This document shows, in pieces, positions 47,932 to 59,318 of a stretch of 64,000 nucleotides of DNA (its first letter is position 1; each line of letters starts with the position of its first letter). Origin of the DNA: Clostridiales bacterium (GTDB taxonomy: Bacteria > Bacillota > Clostridia > Christensenellales > UBA3700); contig SVHF01000005.1 in the NCBI GenBank assembly GCA_015055975.1, positions 2,676 to 66,675 on the forward strand, in the 5' to 3' direction. The position numbers and the translations under genes are program-made. A model generated the notes under the pieces. It saw nothing but the letters and a program-made list of their open reading frames with translations. It had not been told where the DNA came from and ran no database searches.

Positions 47932-47975
47932 TCCTAGATTTTCCATATATTTATATAATATTTTAGGAATGCGTA

Positions 47976-48005
47976 TTGAAAACGCGTGCGCTCAAATGCT
48001 ATAAT
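47976..48005 (+). promoter_or_regulatory. Extended -10 promoter of the glycogen operon
   Basis: TTGAAA-18-TATAAT with TG at 47997-47998. Confidence 0.6.
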
Positions 48006-48038
48006 TTGGGTATTAAGATTAAAAGGAGTTAGTGCACG

Positions 48039-49937
48039 ATGATTGATACAAAGCAACCGGTTTATTTATTTCACGAAGGAACAAACCACGAAGCGTACAA
48101 ATTATTGAGTCCTAGCCAAGTAGTTGAGGGGGGAAAGAAAGGATGGGTGTTCAGAGTATGGGCACCACACGCAAAGACAGTTTCTGTTGTAGGCGATTTC
48201 AATTACTGGGATAGATCATCTAATCCAATGTATAAGATTAGCGATGGTATCTGGGAAGTATTTGTAGAAGGTCCAAAAATTTATGATAACTACAAATACA
48301 GCATAGAGGCACAAGATGGAAGAATTATCATGAAGTCTGACCCATATGCACTTCATACAGAAACAGCTCCACAAAATGCATCAAAGCTTTATGAATCTTC
48401 ATATAAGTGGGGAGATGCTAAGTGGATGAAGGCAAGAGAAAGCGTTAATCCATATGAAGCACCAATGAATATTTACGAACTTCATTTGGGCAGCTGGAGA
48501 AGACACCAAGATGGAAACGTTATGAACTATAGAGATATAGCAAATGACCTAGTTTCTTATGTCAAAGATATGGGTTATACACATGTAGAAATTTTGCCAA
48601 TTACAGAATATCCATTTGATGGTTCATGGGGATACCAAGTAACAGGTATGTTTGCTCCAACATCAAGATATGGAACTCCAGACGATTTTAGATATTTAAT
48701 AGACACTCTTCATAAAAACGGTATCGGTATTTTCTTGGACTGGGTTATTGCCCATTTCCCAAAGGATGAATATGGCTTATATGAATTCGATGGACAAAAG
48801 ACATACGAATATGAAGAAGGTTGGAAATGTGAACATAAAGAATGGGGAACAAGAATCTTTGACTACGGTAAGAACGAAGTTAAATCATTCTTAACATCAT
48901 CTGCAATGTTCTGGACAAAAGAATTCCACATCGATGGCATTAGAGTTGATGCCGTTGCTTCAATGCTATATTTAGATTATGGTAGAAAAGATGGAGAGTG
49001 GAGACCAAACTGCTTTGGTGGAAATTACAACCTTGAAGCAATTGATTTCTTAAAGATGTTAAACACAACAGTTCTATCTGAAAACAAGGGCGTGCTAATG
49101 ATTGCTGAAGAATCTACTGCATTCCCAATGATTACAAAGCCAGCATACGATGGCGGTCTTGGATTCAATTTCAAGTGGAACATGGGATGGATGAACGATA
49201 TGTTAAGATATGTATCTGCTGATCCATTCTTTAGAAAAGACATGCACAACAATGTAACCTTTGCTATTACATATGCATATAGCGAAAACTATATATTACC
49301 AATTTCTCACGACGAAGTTGTTCACGGAAAAGCATCACTTTTAAATAAGATGCCAGGTGAATATCAACAAAAGTTCGATGGAGATAAGGCATTCTTGGGA
49401 TTCATGATGGCTCACCCAGGAAAGAAGTTATTATTCATGGGATGCGAATTTGGTCAATTTATTGAATGGGATTATAAAAAGCAATTAGATTGGTTCTTGC
49501 TAGATTATGATTCTCATAGAAATTTAAATAAGTTCGTTAAAGATTTGAATAGATATTATCTTGACCACAATGAAATGTATCAACAAGATACAACATATGA
49601 TGGATTCAAGTGGATATGTGCAGATGATAACACACAAAACATCGTTTCATTCAAGAGATTCAATAAAGAAGGCGACTATACAATCGTAGTTGTTAACTTC
49701 TCACCAATCGCAAGAGGAAACTATTCAATTGGTGTTCCAGATGATGCAACATATCAAGTACTTCTAAATTCTGATTCAGAAAAATATGGAGGTGCAGGAA
49801 ATACTCCTACATCATATAAAGCACATGCAGGCGAAATGCATGGTGAAAAGTATGCAATCGATTTAGAGATTCCAGCAAACTGCGTTCTATATCTAAAACC
49901 AGTTCAAGGAAAGAAAGCTAAAAAAGGAAAAAAATAA
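48039..49937 (+). CDS. glgB: 1,4-alpha-glucan branching enzyme
   Basis: FRVWAP, IYELHLGSW, SWGYQ, DGIRVDAV, AEES, SHDEVVHGK. Confidence 0.97.
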   Translation: MIDTKQPVYLFHEGTNHEAYKLLSPSQVVEGGKKGWVFRVWAPHAKTVSVVGDFNYWDRSSNPMYKISDGIWEVFVEGPKIYDNYKYSIEAQDGRIIMKSDPYALHTETAPQNASKLYESSYKWGDAKWMKARESVNPYEAPMNIYELHLGSWRRHQDGNVMNYRDIANDLVSYVKDMGYTHVEILPITEYPFDGSWGYQVTGMFAPTSRYGTPDDFRYLIDTLHKNGIGIFLDWVIAHFPKDEYGLYEFDGQKTYEYEEGWKCEHKEWGTRIFDYGKNEVKSFLTSSAMFWTKEFHIDGIRVDAVASMLYLDYGRKDGEWRPNCFGGNYNLEAIDFLKMLNTTVLSENKGVLMIAEESTAFPMITKPAYDGGLGFNFKWNMGWMNDMLRYVSADPFFRKDMHNNVTFAITYAYSENYILPISHDEVVHGKASLLNKMPGEYQQKFDGDKAFLGFMMAHPGKKLLFMGCEFGQFIEWDYKKQLDWFLLDYDSHRNLNKFVKDLNRYYLDHNEMYQQDTTYDGFKWICADDNTQNIVSFKRFNKEGDYTIVVVNFSPIARGNYSIGVPDDATYQVLLNSDSEKYGGAGNTPTSYKAHAGEMHGEKYAIDLEIPANCVLYLKPVQGKKAKKGKK

Positions 49938-49968
49938 ACGGGGACATATTAAGGAGGAGATAGTTTAA

Positions 49969-51159
49969 ATGTTATCTTTGAAAAAGGAAACTGTAGCAAT
50001 GCTACTTGCAGGCGGACAAGGGACAAGATTATACGCTCTAACAAGAGACGTAGCAAAGCCAGCCGTATCATTTGGTGGAAAGTATAGAATCATTGACTTC
50101 CCACTATCTAACTGTGTTAATTCAAATATTGACACAATCGGTGTTTTAACACAATACAAGCCATTTGACTTAAACCAATATATTGGCAACGGACAACCAT
50201 GGGACTTAGACAGATTATCTGGTGGTGTATTTGTATTACCTCCATATTCTAAGGGTGGCGAATCAGGCGACTGGTATAAAGGTACAGCAAACGCAATTTA
50301 TCAAAACATTGAATTCGTAGATAAGTTCTCTCCAGAATACGTTTTAGTATTATCTGGCGACCACATCTACAAGATGAACTACGACAAGATGCTAGATTAC
50401 CATAAAGAAAAGGGAGCAGATTGTACAATCGCCGTTATCAATGTTCCTCTAGCTGAAGCTTCAAGATTTGGTATCATGAACACAAATCCAGATAATTCAG
50501 TTTATGAGTTTGAAGAAAAGCCAAAGCAACCAAAGAGCACAAACGCTTCTATGGGTATCTATATTTTCAATTGGCAAAAACTAAGAAAATATTTAATCGA
50601 AGATGAAAATGATCCAAATTCATCTAACGACTTTGGTAAGAATATCATCCCAAATATGTTGAAAGACGGACAAAAGTTATTCGCATATAACTTTAAAGGA
50701 TATTGGAAAGACGTTGGTACTATCGCAAGTTTGTGGGAAGCAAACATGGATATCATCAACGAACAAAGCGGTATTAATCTTGCAGACAACACTTGGAAGA
50801 TTTATGCAAGAAATACAGCAGAGCACCCTCACGTTACAGGGCAAGATGCAAGAATTATCAATTCTCTAGTTACTGAAGGTTGCGAAATCGATGGTACAGT
50901 TATCAACAGCGTTATTTCTTCTGGCGTAAAGATTGAAGAAGGCGCAGTTGTAGAAAACAGTGTAATTATGCCAAATGCAATCGTTGAAGCAGGTGCTGTT
51001 ATTAAGTACTCAATCGTAGGCCAAGGCGCAGTTGTTGGAAAGTGTGCTAAGGTTGGCGAAACTCAAGATGGCAAGGACGGATGGAAGATTGCCGTGGTTG
51101 GACCATATGGCAAGGTTGCAGATAAGCAAATCGTCAAGATTGGCGAAATGGTAGACTAG
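49969..51159 (+). CDS. glgC: Glucose-1-phosphate adenylyltransferase
   Basis: [39 protein letters not shown]. Confidence 0.97.
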   Translation: MLSLKKETVAMLLAGGQGTRLYALTRDVAKPAVSFGGKYRIIDFPLSNCVNSNIDTIGVLTQYKPFDLNQYIGNGQPWDLDRLSGGVFVLPPYSKGGESGDWYKGTANAIYQNIEFVDKFSPEYVLVLSGDHIYKMNYDKMLDYHKEKGADCTIAVINVPLAEASRFGIMNTNPDNSVYEFEEKPKQPKSTNASMGIYIFNWQKLRKYLIEDENDPNSSNDFGKNIIPNMLKDGQKLFAYNFKGYWKDVGTIASLWEANMDIINEQSGINLADNTWKIYARNTAEHPHVTGQDARIINSLVTEGCEIDGTVINSVISSGVKIEEGAVVENSVIMPNAIVEAGAVIKYSIVGQGAVVGKCAKVGETQDGKDGWKIAVVGPYGKVADKQIVKIGEMVD

Positions 51160-51170
51160 GAGGTGCAGAT

Positions 51171-52286
51171 ATGAATAATATTATTAGCGTTATTTTTGCA
51201 AGTGACCAAGAAACAAAATTAGATAACTTAGCTTTACATAGAACTGCTGCATCTTTACCATTTGCAGGCAGATATAGATGTATCGACTTTACATTATCAA
51301 ACTTAGTAAATAGCCAAATCACATCAATCGGTATCGTTACAAGATCAAATTATTCTTCTTTAATGGACCATATCAGAATGGGTCGTGATTGGGATTTAAA
51401 TAGAAAAAATGGTGGTATTACAGTATTCCCACCTTATGCTTCAAATACATCAAGAAATGTATTTAAAGGAAAGATTGAGGCTTTATATGGTATTTTGGAA
51501 TTCTTCACAAAGGCTCCAGAAGATTATGTAATCGTAACAAACTCTAATATTATTGCAAGTATCAACTTTGAAGATGTATTTGATGAACACATCAAGAGCG
51601 GTGCAGATATTACTATTGTTTCATACACAGCAAAGCCAACAACATCAAAGAGATTGCTTCTTGAGCTTGATGATAACAATAAAGTTATTGGCACAAGAAT
51701 CACTCAAACAGCATCAGATGAAGAAACAGAAATTGGCACAAATATTTACTTAATGAAGAAAGATATCTTAGTTGAACAAGTTATAGACAACTTCGAAAGA
51801 GGATATATCGACTTTGAAAAGAATATCATTCAACAAAATATCGACAAACTAAATATTCATGCATATCATTTAACACAACATTGTGCAATTATTGATGATG
51901 TTAAGTCTTACTATAGTGAATCAATGGCAGTATTAAATGCAAAGATTAGAAGCGAATTATTCGATGGCCCAGGCGGAAACGTATACACAAAGGTAAAAGA
52001 TAGTGTTCCAACAAGATATAGAGATAAGGCAGTTGTACAAAATTCATTAGTTGCCGATGGTTGTGATATCAACGGAACAGTTATAAATAGTATCCTATTC
52101 CGTGGCGTTGTAGTAGAAGAAGGCGCTGAAATTAGAAATTCAATTGTAATGGAAGGTGGCGTCGTTAAGAAGGATGCAACTCTAGATTACACAATAACAG
52201 ATAAAAACGTAACAATTACAGAAGACAAGCATATGTCAGGTACAGAATTGTTTGTAGCTGTAATACCAAAGAACAAAAAAGTTTAA
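51171..52286 (+). CDS. glgD: Glucose-1-phosphate adenylyltransferase subunit GlgD
   Basis: ASLPFAGRYR.IDF, WDLNRK; follows glgC. Confidence 0.93.
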   Translation: MNNIISVIFASDQETKLDNLALHRTAASLPFAGRYRCIDFTLSNLVNSQITSIGIVTRSNYSSLMDHIRMGRDWDLNRKNGGITVFPPYASNTSRNVFKGKIEALYGILEFFTKAPEDYVIVTNSNIIASINFEDVFDEHIKSGADITIVSYTAKPTTSKRLLLELDDNNKVIGTRITQTASDEETEIGTNIYLMKKDILVEQVIDNFERGYIDFEKNIIQQNIDKLNIHAYHLTQHCAIIDDVKSYYSESMAVLNAKIRSELFDGPGGNVYTKVKDSVPTRYRDKAVVQNSLVADGCDINGTVINSILFRGVVVEEGAEIRNSIVMEGGVVKKDATLDYTITDKNVTITEDKHMSGTELFVAVIPKNKKV

Positions 52287-52305
52287 TTTAATTGGAGGCT
52301 AACCC

Positions 52306-53970
52306 ATGGCAGAAAACAAAAAGACAACAAAAAAAGTTGCGCAACCAAAGGTTGAACCAAAAAAGGAAGTAGAAAGTAAGGCTCCAAAAGCTGCACCAGC
52401 TGCAAAGAAAGCCCCAGCTCCAAAGGTTGCACCAGCACCTAAAGCTGCTCCTGCTCCAAAAACAGAAGTTAAAAAGGAAGAAGTTAAACTAGAAGTTAAG
52501 AAAGAAGAAGTTAAGGTAGAAAACCCAGCTCCAAAGAAAAATGAGCCAATGAAGGTATTGTTTGTAGCAGGCGAAGCAAATCCATTTATTAAAACAGGTG
52601 GACTTGCTGACGTTGCAGGCGCACTTCCAAAAGCATTGGTAGATAAGGGAATTGATGCAAGAGTTATGATTCCTCTATATCTAGGAATCCCTCAAGAATT
52701 CAAGAACAATATGCAATATATCGGAAATTGCTTTGTTCAATTGTCTTGGAGAAGCCAATACTGTGGTGTGTTCAAATATGTTTACCAAGGAGTTACATAT
52801 TACTTCATTGATAATGAATTCTATTTCAAGAGACATGGAATTTATGGACATTATGATGATGGTGAAAGATTTGCGTTCTTTAGCAAAGCAATTTTAGAGA
52901 GCTTAAAGATTATTGATTTCACACCAGATATTATCCATGCAAACGATTGGCATACAGCTTTAGTTCCTGTATTTTTGGATTGCTTCTACAGAGGCGAAGA
53001 ACATTGCAAGAACGCAAAGACTGTTTATACAATTCATAACATCGAATTCCAAGGACAATATGGAGACGGCCTAATCGAAGATATCTTAGGATTTAACTAC
53101 GATCAATCTCTATTAGTTCGTTACGCAGGATGCGTAAATTATATGAAGGGTGGTATTGAAAGCGCTTCAAGGGTAACAACAGTATCTCCATCATATGCAA
53201 ACGAAATCCTTGATCCATATTATGGATATGGAATGCAAGATATCTTAAATGCAAGAAAGTTCAAGCTATCTGGTATTATTAACGGTATCGATGAAGAAAA
53301 GAATAATCCAGCAACCGATAAGTCTTTGTTCAAAAATTATGACATTAACACAATTGAGAATAAGAAGTTCAATAAGATTGGATTACAACAATTACTTGGC
53401 TTGCCAGTAAATGAAGATGTTCCAATGATTGGTATGGTTGGAAGATTGACACATCAAAAGGGAATCGATTTGGTAACAGCTGTTATGGATAGAATCTTGG
53501 ATTTAGATGTGCAAGTAGTTATTCTAGGTACAGGCGATTGGAAGTATGAAAACATCTTAAAGGATATGCAAAATAGATATCCAGGTAAGTTAAGAGCTAT
53601 TATTAACTTCTCATCAGATATGGCAAGTAAAATTTATGCTGCATCAGATATGTTCTTAATGCCATCTAAGTTTGAACCATGTGGATTATCTCAAATGATA
53701 GCAATGCGTTATGCATCTGTACCAATCGTAAGATTAACAGGTGGACTAAAAGATACAGTTATGGCTTATAACCATGAAACTGGCGAAGGTGAAGGATTTA
53801 CTTTCCTAACATATAACGCAAGTGATATGCTATATGCTATAGAAAGAGCAGTTGGACTTTATAGAGACTATAAAGAAGACTGGAACAAGGTTGTGCATAA
53901 CGGCATGAAGAAAGACTTCAGTTGGAAGACAATCGCAAATCAATACATAGACTTATACAAGAGTATTTAA
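52306..53970 (+). CDS. glgA: Glycogen synthase with ~80-aa K/A/P/E-rich N-terminal extension
   Basis: KTGGLADV, HANDWH, SKFEPCGL; core begins at MKVLFVAGE. Confidence 0.96.
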   Translation: MAENKKTTKKVAQPKVEPKKEVESKAPKAAPAAKKAPAPKVAPAPKAAPAPKTEVKKEEVKLEVKKEEVKVENPAPKKNEPMKVLFVAGEANPFIKTGGLADVAGALPKALVDKGIDARVMIPLYLGIPQEFKNNMQYIGNCFVQLSWRSQYCGVFKYVYQGVTYYFIDNEFYFKRHGIYGHYDDGERFAFFSKAILESLKIIDFTPDIIHANDWHTALVPVFLDCFYRGEEHCKNAKTVYTIHNIEFQGQYGDGLIEDILGFNYDQSLLVRYAGCVNYMKGGIESASRVTTVSPSYANEILDPYYGYGMQDILNARKFKLSGIINGIDEEKNNPATDKSLFKNYDINTIENKKFNKIGLQQLLGLPVNEDVPMIGMVGRLTHQKGIDLVTAVMDRILDLDVQVVILGTGDWKYENILKDMQNRYPGKLRAIINFSSDMASKIYAASDMFLMPSKFEPCGLSQMIAMRYASVPIVRLTGGLKDTVMAYNHETGEGEGFTFLTYNASDMLYAIERAVGLYRDYKEDWNKVVHNGMKKDFSWKTIANQYIDLYKSI

Positions 53971-54022
53971 TTACTTCGTGATAACGGGGAAAGCGAAATA
54001 ATTAAAAGGAAGGCAATTATAA

Positions 54023-56452
54023 ATGGAAAAAATTACCGCAAAAGAAGTTAGAGAGATCGTTGACAACAAGTGTCAAAGATATTTCGGAAAGACTGTTGAT
54101 CAAGCAAGTAAACACCAAATCTATAGAGCAATCTGTTATTTGGTAAGAGATCTTCTAACAGAAGAAAGACTAGAATTTAAGAGAAAAAGAGTACAACAAG
54201 AAACAAAGCAAGTTTACTATATGTCAATGGAATTCCTACTAGGAAGATCATTAAAGAACCACTTATTCAATATGGGTTTGACAGAAGTATTTGAAGAAGC
54301 TTGCAAAGGTCTTGGTGTAACTTTGGAAGAAATCGAAGAATTAGAACCAGATGCAGGATTAGGAAACGGAGGTCTTGGAAGACTTGCTGCTGCATATATG
54401 GAATCTTTGACAAATTTAAATTATGTTGCTTCAGGTTTCTCAATTAAATATGACTATGGCATATTTAAACAAAAGATTAACGATGGTTGGCAATTAGAAT
54501 TAGCTGACGATTGGTTACAAAACGGTGACGTTTGGTTAGCTCCACGTGAAGAAGATACATTCAGAATCAAGTTCGGGGGAACAATTAACCAAAGATGGGA
54601 AAATGGCAGACTATATGTTGATCAAGTAAACTGCTACGAAGTAGATGCTATCCCATACGATATGAACGTATCTGGATATCAAGTTCCAGCAGTTAACAAG
54701 TTAAGATTGTGGACAGCTAAAGCTCCAAACGATTTTGATATGCAATTGTTCTCTCAAGGTGAATACGTAAAATCTCTTGAGCAAAAGGCACTTGCAGAAT
54801 CTATTTGTAAGGTTCTATACCCAGCTGACCACCACGTAGAAGGTAAGATGTTGAGATTAAAGCAACAATACTTCTTCGTATCAGCATCAATGCAATCTAT
54901 TTTCAAAAAGCACATAAGAGATTATGGTTCTTTGGATTCACTTCCAGATAAGATTGCAATTCACATCAACGATACTCACCCAACACTATGTATTCCAGAA
55001 ATGATGAGATTGCTTCTAGATGAGTATGGATATTCATGGGATAAGGCTTGGGATATTGTTACAAAGACAATTTCATACACAAACCATACGGTTATGGCAG
55101 AAGCTCTTGAAAAGTGGCCAGAAGATATCTTCAAGCAATTATTGCCAAGAATTTATCAAATTGTTGTAGAAATTAACCAAAGATTCTGTAATGATCTATG
55201 GGCATTCTATCCAAACGATTGGAATAAAGTTGCATATAATGCAATTCTATCTCACAACCAAATCAAAATGGCTAATTTGTGCTTAGCTGCATCTCATACA
55301 ATCAATGGTGTATCAGCACTTCACTCACAAATTTTGAAGGACGATATCTTCCACGATTACTATGTAATGAACCCAATGAAGTTCACAAACGTTACAAACG
55401 GTATTACATATAGACGTTGGTTATCTCAAGCTAATCCAGAATTGAGTGATTATATCAAGACATTAATTGGGGATGGATTCTTGAAAGATGCTAACGAATT
55501 AAAGAAGTTAGAAAAATTCCAAGGCAACAAGGAAGTTTTAAATAACTTCATGAAGATTAAAAAGCACAATAAAGAAAAGCTTGCTAAATACATCTTAGAT
55601 AACAATGGTATAGAAGTAGATCCAAATTCAATCTTCGATGTTCAAGTAAAGAGATTGCACGAATACAAGAGACAACTTCTAAACGCTCTTCATATTCTAG
55701 ATTTGTATTATCAATTAAAAGCAAATCCAAATATGGATATCAATCCAAGAACATTTATCTTTGGCGCAAAGGCAGCTCCAAGCTACTACATGGCTAAACA
55801 AATTATTAAGTTAATTTGTTGCTTAGGAGATCAAATTAACAACGACCCAGATATCAAGGGTAAGATAAAAGTAGTATTCTTAGAAAACTATAGAGTATCT
55901 TTAGCTGAAATCGTTATGCCAGCATCAGATGTTTCAGAACAAATCTCTATTGCAGGTAAGGAAGCATCAGGTACAGGTAACATGAAGTTCATGATTAACG
56001 GCGCTGTAACTATGGGTACAATGGATGGTGCAAACATCGAAATCCATGAAAGAGTTGGAGACGAGAACATCTTCATCTTTGGTATGAGAGCTAATGAAGT
56101 AGAAGAATTAAATAAGCGTGGATATGAACCAGCTAGCTTCTATAATTCAAATCCAAGAATTAAGGCAGTTATCGATGGATTACGTTCAGGTATCGCTGGT
56201 GTTCAATTCAATGAAATTGCAGATTCACTAGTTATGGGTTCAGATCACTATAAAGTACTTGCAGACTTTGCATCATATTGTGATGCTCAAGATAAATTAG
56301 ACAAGGCATATTCAGATAAGATGCGTTGGGCTAGAATGTCTTTGATGAACACAGCTAATGCAGGATTCTTCTCATCAGATAGAGCTGTACAAGAATACGT
56401 TGATAGAATCTGGCACTTAACACCAGTTAAATTCACACAAAAGAAGAAATAA
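54023..56452 (+). CDS. glgP: Glycogen phosphorylase
   Basis: GLGNGGLGRL, EASGTGNMK, KRLHEYKRQ. Confidence 0.97.
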   Translation: MEKITAKEVREIVDNKCQRYFGKTVDQASKHQIYRAICYLVRDLLTEERLEFKRKRVQQETKQVYYMSMEFLLGRSLKNHLFNMGLTEVFEEACKGLGVTLEEIEELEPDAGLGNGGLGRLAAAYMESLTNLNYVASGFSIKYDYGIFKQKINDGWQLELADDWLQNGDVWLAPREEDTFRIKFGGTINQRWENGRLYVDQVNCYEVDAIPYDMNVSGYQVPAVNKLRLWTAKAPNDFDMQLFSQGEYVKSLEQKALAESICKVLYPADHHVEGKMLRLKQQYFFVSASMQSIFKKHIRDYGSLDSLPDKIAIHINDTHPTLCIPEMMRLLLDEYGYSWDKAWDIVTKTISYTNHTVMAEALEKWPEDIFKQLLPRIYQIVVEINQRFCNDLWAFYPNDWNKVAYNAILSHNQIKMANLCLAASHTINGVSALHSQILKDDIFHDYYVMNPMKFTNVTNGITYRRWLSQANPELSDYIKTLIGDGFLKDANELKKLEKFQGNKEVLNNFMKIKKHNKEKLAKYILDNNGIEVDPNSIFDVQVKRLHEYKRQLLNALHILDLYYQLKANPNMDINPRTFIFGAKAAPSYYMAKQIIKLICCLGDQINNDPDIKGKIKVVFLENYRVSLAEIVMPASDVSEQISIAGKEASGTGNMKFMINGAVTMGTMDGANIEIHERVGDENIFIFGMRANEVEELNKRGYEPASFYNSNPRIKAVIDGLRSGIAGVQFNEIADSLVMGSDHYKVLADFASYCDAQDKLDKAYSDKMRWARMSLMNTANAGFFSSDRAVQEYVDRIWHLTPVKFTQKKK

Positions 56453-58254
56453 TGGAAATTTATTTCGACTCGAAAGACTTAAAGTGTAAGACACCTTTTG
56501 GCGCAGTAGGCACGGATAAAGTAATAACTTTTACGGCCTATTGCAAGGATGGTGTTTTCGTTCAAAGGGCATACCTTGTTATATATCAAGACGGAAACGA
56601 TGTTCCTCTAGAATATCCAATGTCTTATATAGAAACTACAGCAGGTATGTCTTCTTTTTCGGTCGATGTAGATGATTTAGAAGTAGGTCTTTATTGGTAT
56701 CACTTTGTTTTCTATACAGAAGAAGGCGAATTTAGAAAAGATAAAGATGGCTACGGATTCCAATTAACAATTTTTGATGAAGACTATAAAACCCCAGATG
56801 ATGTAAAAGGTGGCGTTATATATCACGCCTTTGTAGACAGATTTGCAAAGGGCAAAGACAAGAATGCTATATTTATTAAAAAAGGCGTTCTAAAGGCCTG
56901 GGATGAGCCTCTAACGCTATGCGATCCAGATGGAGTATATAGAGCAAACGATTTTTATGGTGGAAACTTCCAAGGTATCATAGATAAATTAGATTATCTA
57001 AAAGATTTGGGAGTTACGCTTTTATATCTATCTCCGATTTTCAAATCATCATCAACTCATAGATATGATACAGGAAACTATTTAGAGGTAGATGAATTAT
57101 TAGGAACAGAAGCTAAATTCAAAGAACTTATCGATAAAGCAAAAGATAAAGGCATAGATATCATGCTAGATGGTGTATTTAACCATACTGGAGCGGATAG
57201 TATCTATTTCAATAAATTTGGTAATTACGATTCTATCGGCGCATATCAATCTATGCAAAGCCCATATTTTAATTGGTATACTTTCTATGACTTCCCAGAT
57301 AATTATCATTGTTGGTGGGGCGTTACTGTTTGTCCAACTATAAAACCAACACCAAATGGTTTTAGAGATTTAATTACAAATCCAATTAATGGCGTTATAA
57401 ACAAGTGGACATCTTTAGGCGTTAAAGCGTGGAGATTGGATGTTGTTGATGAACTTGCCGAAGATTTCGTAAAAGACATTAGAAAAGCCGTAAAACGCGG
57501 CGGAAAGGACAAACTACTTATTGGAGAAGTTTGGGAAGACGCTTCGAATAAGATAGCATATGATACACGTCGTCATTACTTCCAAGGAGAAGAACTTGAT
57601 GGCGTAATGAATTATGTATATAAAAATGCAATACTAGCATACACTATGGGAGGAACTCCAAAAGCATTTAAAAATGCAGTGTATGAGCTAGTTGAAAATT
57701 ATCCAAAACAATCTTTAGATTGTTCTATGAACTTAATTGGCACTCACGATACGGTTAGAGCTTTAACAATTTTGGGAGGAGCTACACAAGAGAATTATAC
57801 AAAATCTGAAAAGAATGCATATAGATTAACTCAAGAAAACTATGCGCTTGCAGTAAAGAGATTGAAGATTGCTTCAGCGATTGAATTTATGCTTCCAGGT
57901 ATACCATCAATTTATTATGGCGATGAAATTGGTATGCAAGGATTTGAAGATCCAATGAATAGAGAGCCAATGAAATGGGATGACATAAATGAAGAAGTGC
58001 ATTCTCATTATGTGGCTTTAGGGAAGATTAGAAAGGACTATAAGGCAGAAATGTGTGGCTCAATTGAGATTGAAGATGATGATATCTTGATTATGAGAAG
58101 AAAAGCTAAAAAGACTATTACTTTAATTGCAAATACTTGTGATTATAGACGTACTTATCCACTAGATACAGATAAATACGATTTATTGACAGGAAAGCAT
58201 ATAAAGGGAAGATTAATCTTAGAGCCAAACGAAGTATATATTATTGAAGAATGA
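56452..58254 (+). CDS. GH13 neopullulanase/amylopullulanase-type debranching enzyme
   Basis: YGGNFQGII, LDGVFNH, WRLDV, GEVWE, GTHDT, YYGDE. Confidence 0.88.
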   Translation: MEIYFDSKDLKCKTPFGAVGTDKVITFTAYCKDGVFVQRAYLVIYQDGNDVPLEYPMSYIETTAGMSSFSVDVDDLEVGLYWYHFVFYTEEGEFRKDKDGYGFQLTIFDEDYKTPDDVKGGVIYHAFVDRFAKGKDKNAIFIKKGVLKAWDEPLTLCDPDGVYRANDFYGGNFQGIIDKLDYLKDLGVTLLYLSPIFKSSSTHRYDTGNYLEVDELLGTEAKFKELIDKAKDKGIDIMLDGVFNHTGADSIYFNKFGNYDSIGAYQSMQSPYFNWYTFYDFPDNYHCWWGVTVCPTIKPTPNGFRDLITNPINGVINKWTSLGVKAWRLDVVDELAEDFVKDIRKAVKRGGKDKLLIGEVWEDASNKIAYDTRRHYFQGEELDGVMNYVYKNAILAYTMGGTPKAFKNAVYELVENYPKQSLDCSMNLIGTHDTVRALTILGGATQENYTKSEKNAYRLTQENYALAVKRLKIASAIEFMLPGIPSIYYGDEIGMQGFEDPMNREPMKWDDINEEVHSHYVALGKIRKDYKAEMCGSIEIEDDDILIMRRKAKKTITLIANTCDYRRTYPLDTDKYDLLTGKHIKGRLILEPNEVYIIEE

Positions 58255-58652
58255 TAGAGTATAAGGAAACTAAACTATTTTCAAAAGACGATGTTGTCGA
58301 ATTATTCGAATCTGTAAATTGGCCAGAAGCAAAATATCCAGATAAATTATTTTCTGCGCTTCAAAATTCTCAAACTGTTATTTGCGCGTTTGATGATAAA
58401 AAACTTGTAGGGCTAATTAGAGTGCTATCTGACGAGAGTGTTTTTGCAATAATTCATTTCCTTTTAGTAAATCCAAATTACCAAGGAATGCACATTGCTT
58501 CAACTTTAGTTGAAAAAGTAAAAGAAAGATATAAAGATATTATGTATTTAAAAGTAGTTCCAATTGATGAAAATGCTAAGAAATTCTATTTAAAACAAGG
58601 ATTTGAAGTTGCTCCAACTTCAGATTGTTTGATTATTCAGAATAAAATATAA
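58251..58652 (+). CDS. GNAT family N-acetyltransferase
   Basis: LLVNPNYQGMHIA, FYLKQGF. Confidence 0.85.
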   Translation: MIEYKETKLFSKDDVVELFESVNWPEAKYPDKLFSALQNSQTVICAFDDKKLVGLIRVLSDESVFAIIHFLLVNPNYQGMHIASTLVEKVKERYKDIMYLKVVPIDENAKKFYLKQGFEVAPTSDCLIIQNKI

Positions 58653-58696
58653 TTGTGATATAATATTCATAGAGTAAAAAACTTGAGGGGGTTTCT

Positions 58697-59092
58697 ATGA
58701 ATAAAAAAATCTTAGCAATTAGCGTTGCAATATTGTTGCTTATTACGAGCGTTTTATTAATTGCATGTGCAAAAATTAGTGATGATCCAAAAGAACAAGC
58801 AAAGTCTTTAGAAGATAAAGGTTGCACTGTTAGTGTTCTTGATTCTGAAGAAGCATTAAAAGAACAAACTGAATATTTAGAAAGTAATGGCATAATCGTA
58901 TTTAATGACATTCAAGCAGTACTAGTAATCAAGAAAGATAGTGACACGGGATATATCTATTATATGGGTAGTATTTCAGATGCAGAAAGATTAATGGATG
59001 GCTTGTCATTCTTGGGAGATTATGAATCAAATATGCAATCAACTAATATTGTATACTTTGGATCAAAAGCTATTTATGATTTAATGAAATAG
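58697..59092 (+). CDS. Lipoprotein, unknown function
   Basis: Lipobox LIA-C. Confidence 0.75.
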   Translation: MNKKILAISVAILLLITSVLLIACAKISDDPKEQAKSLEDKGCTVSVLDSEEALKEQTEYLESNGIIVFNDIQAVLVIKKDSDTGYIYYMGSISDAERLMDGLSFLGDYESNMQSTNIVYFGSKAIYDLMK

Positions 59093-59110
59093 CGCTAAGG
59101 AACAAAATTA

Positions 59111-59148
59111 AAGTGAGTCTCAAATCCGTTTGAGATTCACTTTTTTTT
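59111..59148 (+). terminator. Intrinsic terminator
   Basis: AAGTGAGTCTCAAA-TCCG-TTTGAGATTCACTT then T run. Confidence 0.88.
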
Positions 59149-59318
59149 GTGGCGCTATGAATTTTACACAAAAGCTTTAAAACAAGAATTTACTTTTGCA
59201 AATTTTTTTTGGACTTCCGCTTTATACTGGAATTTGCTTTTACAATTAACTTGCTTATCAGTTTTGCAAATAAACCATTGAGAAAAACAAAAAAAACAAA
59301 TATAATAGTATTACTATT

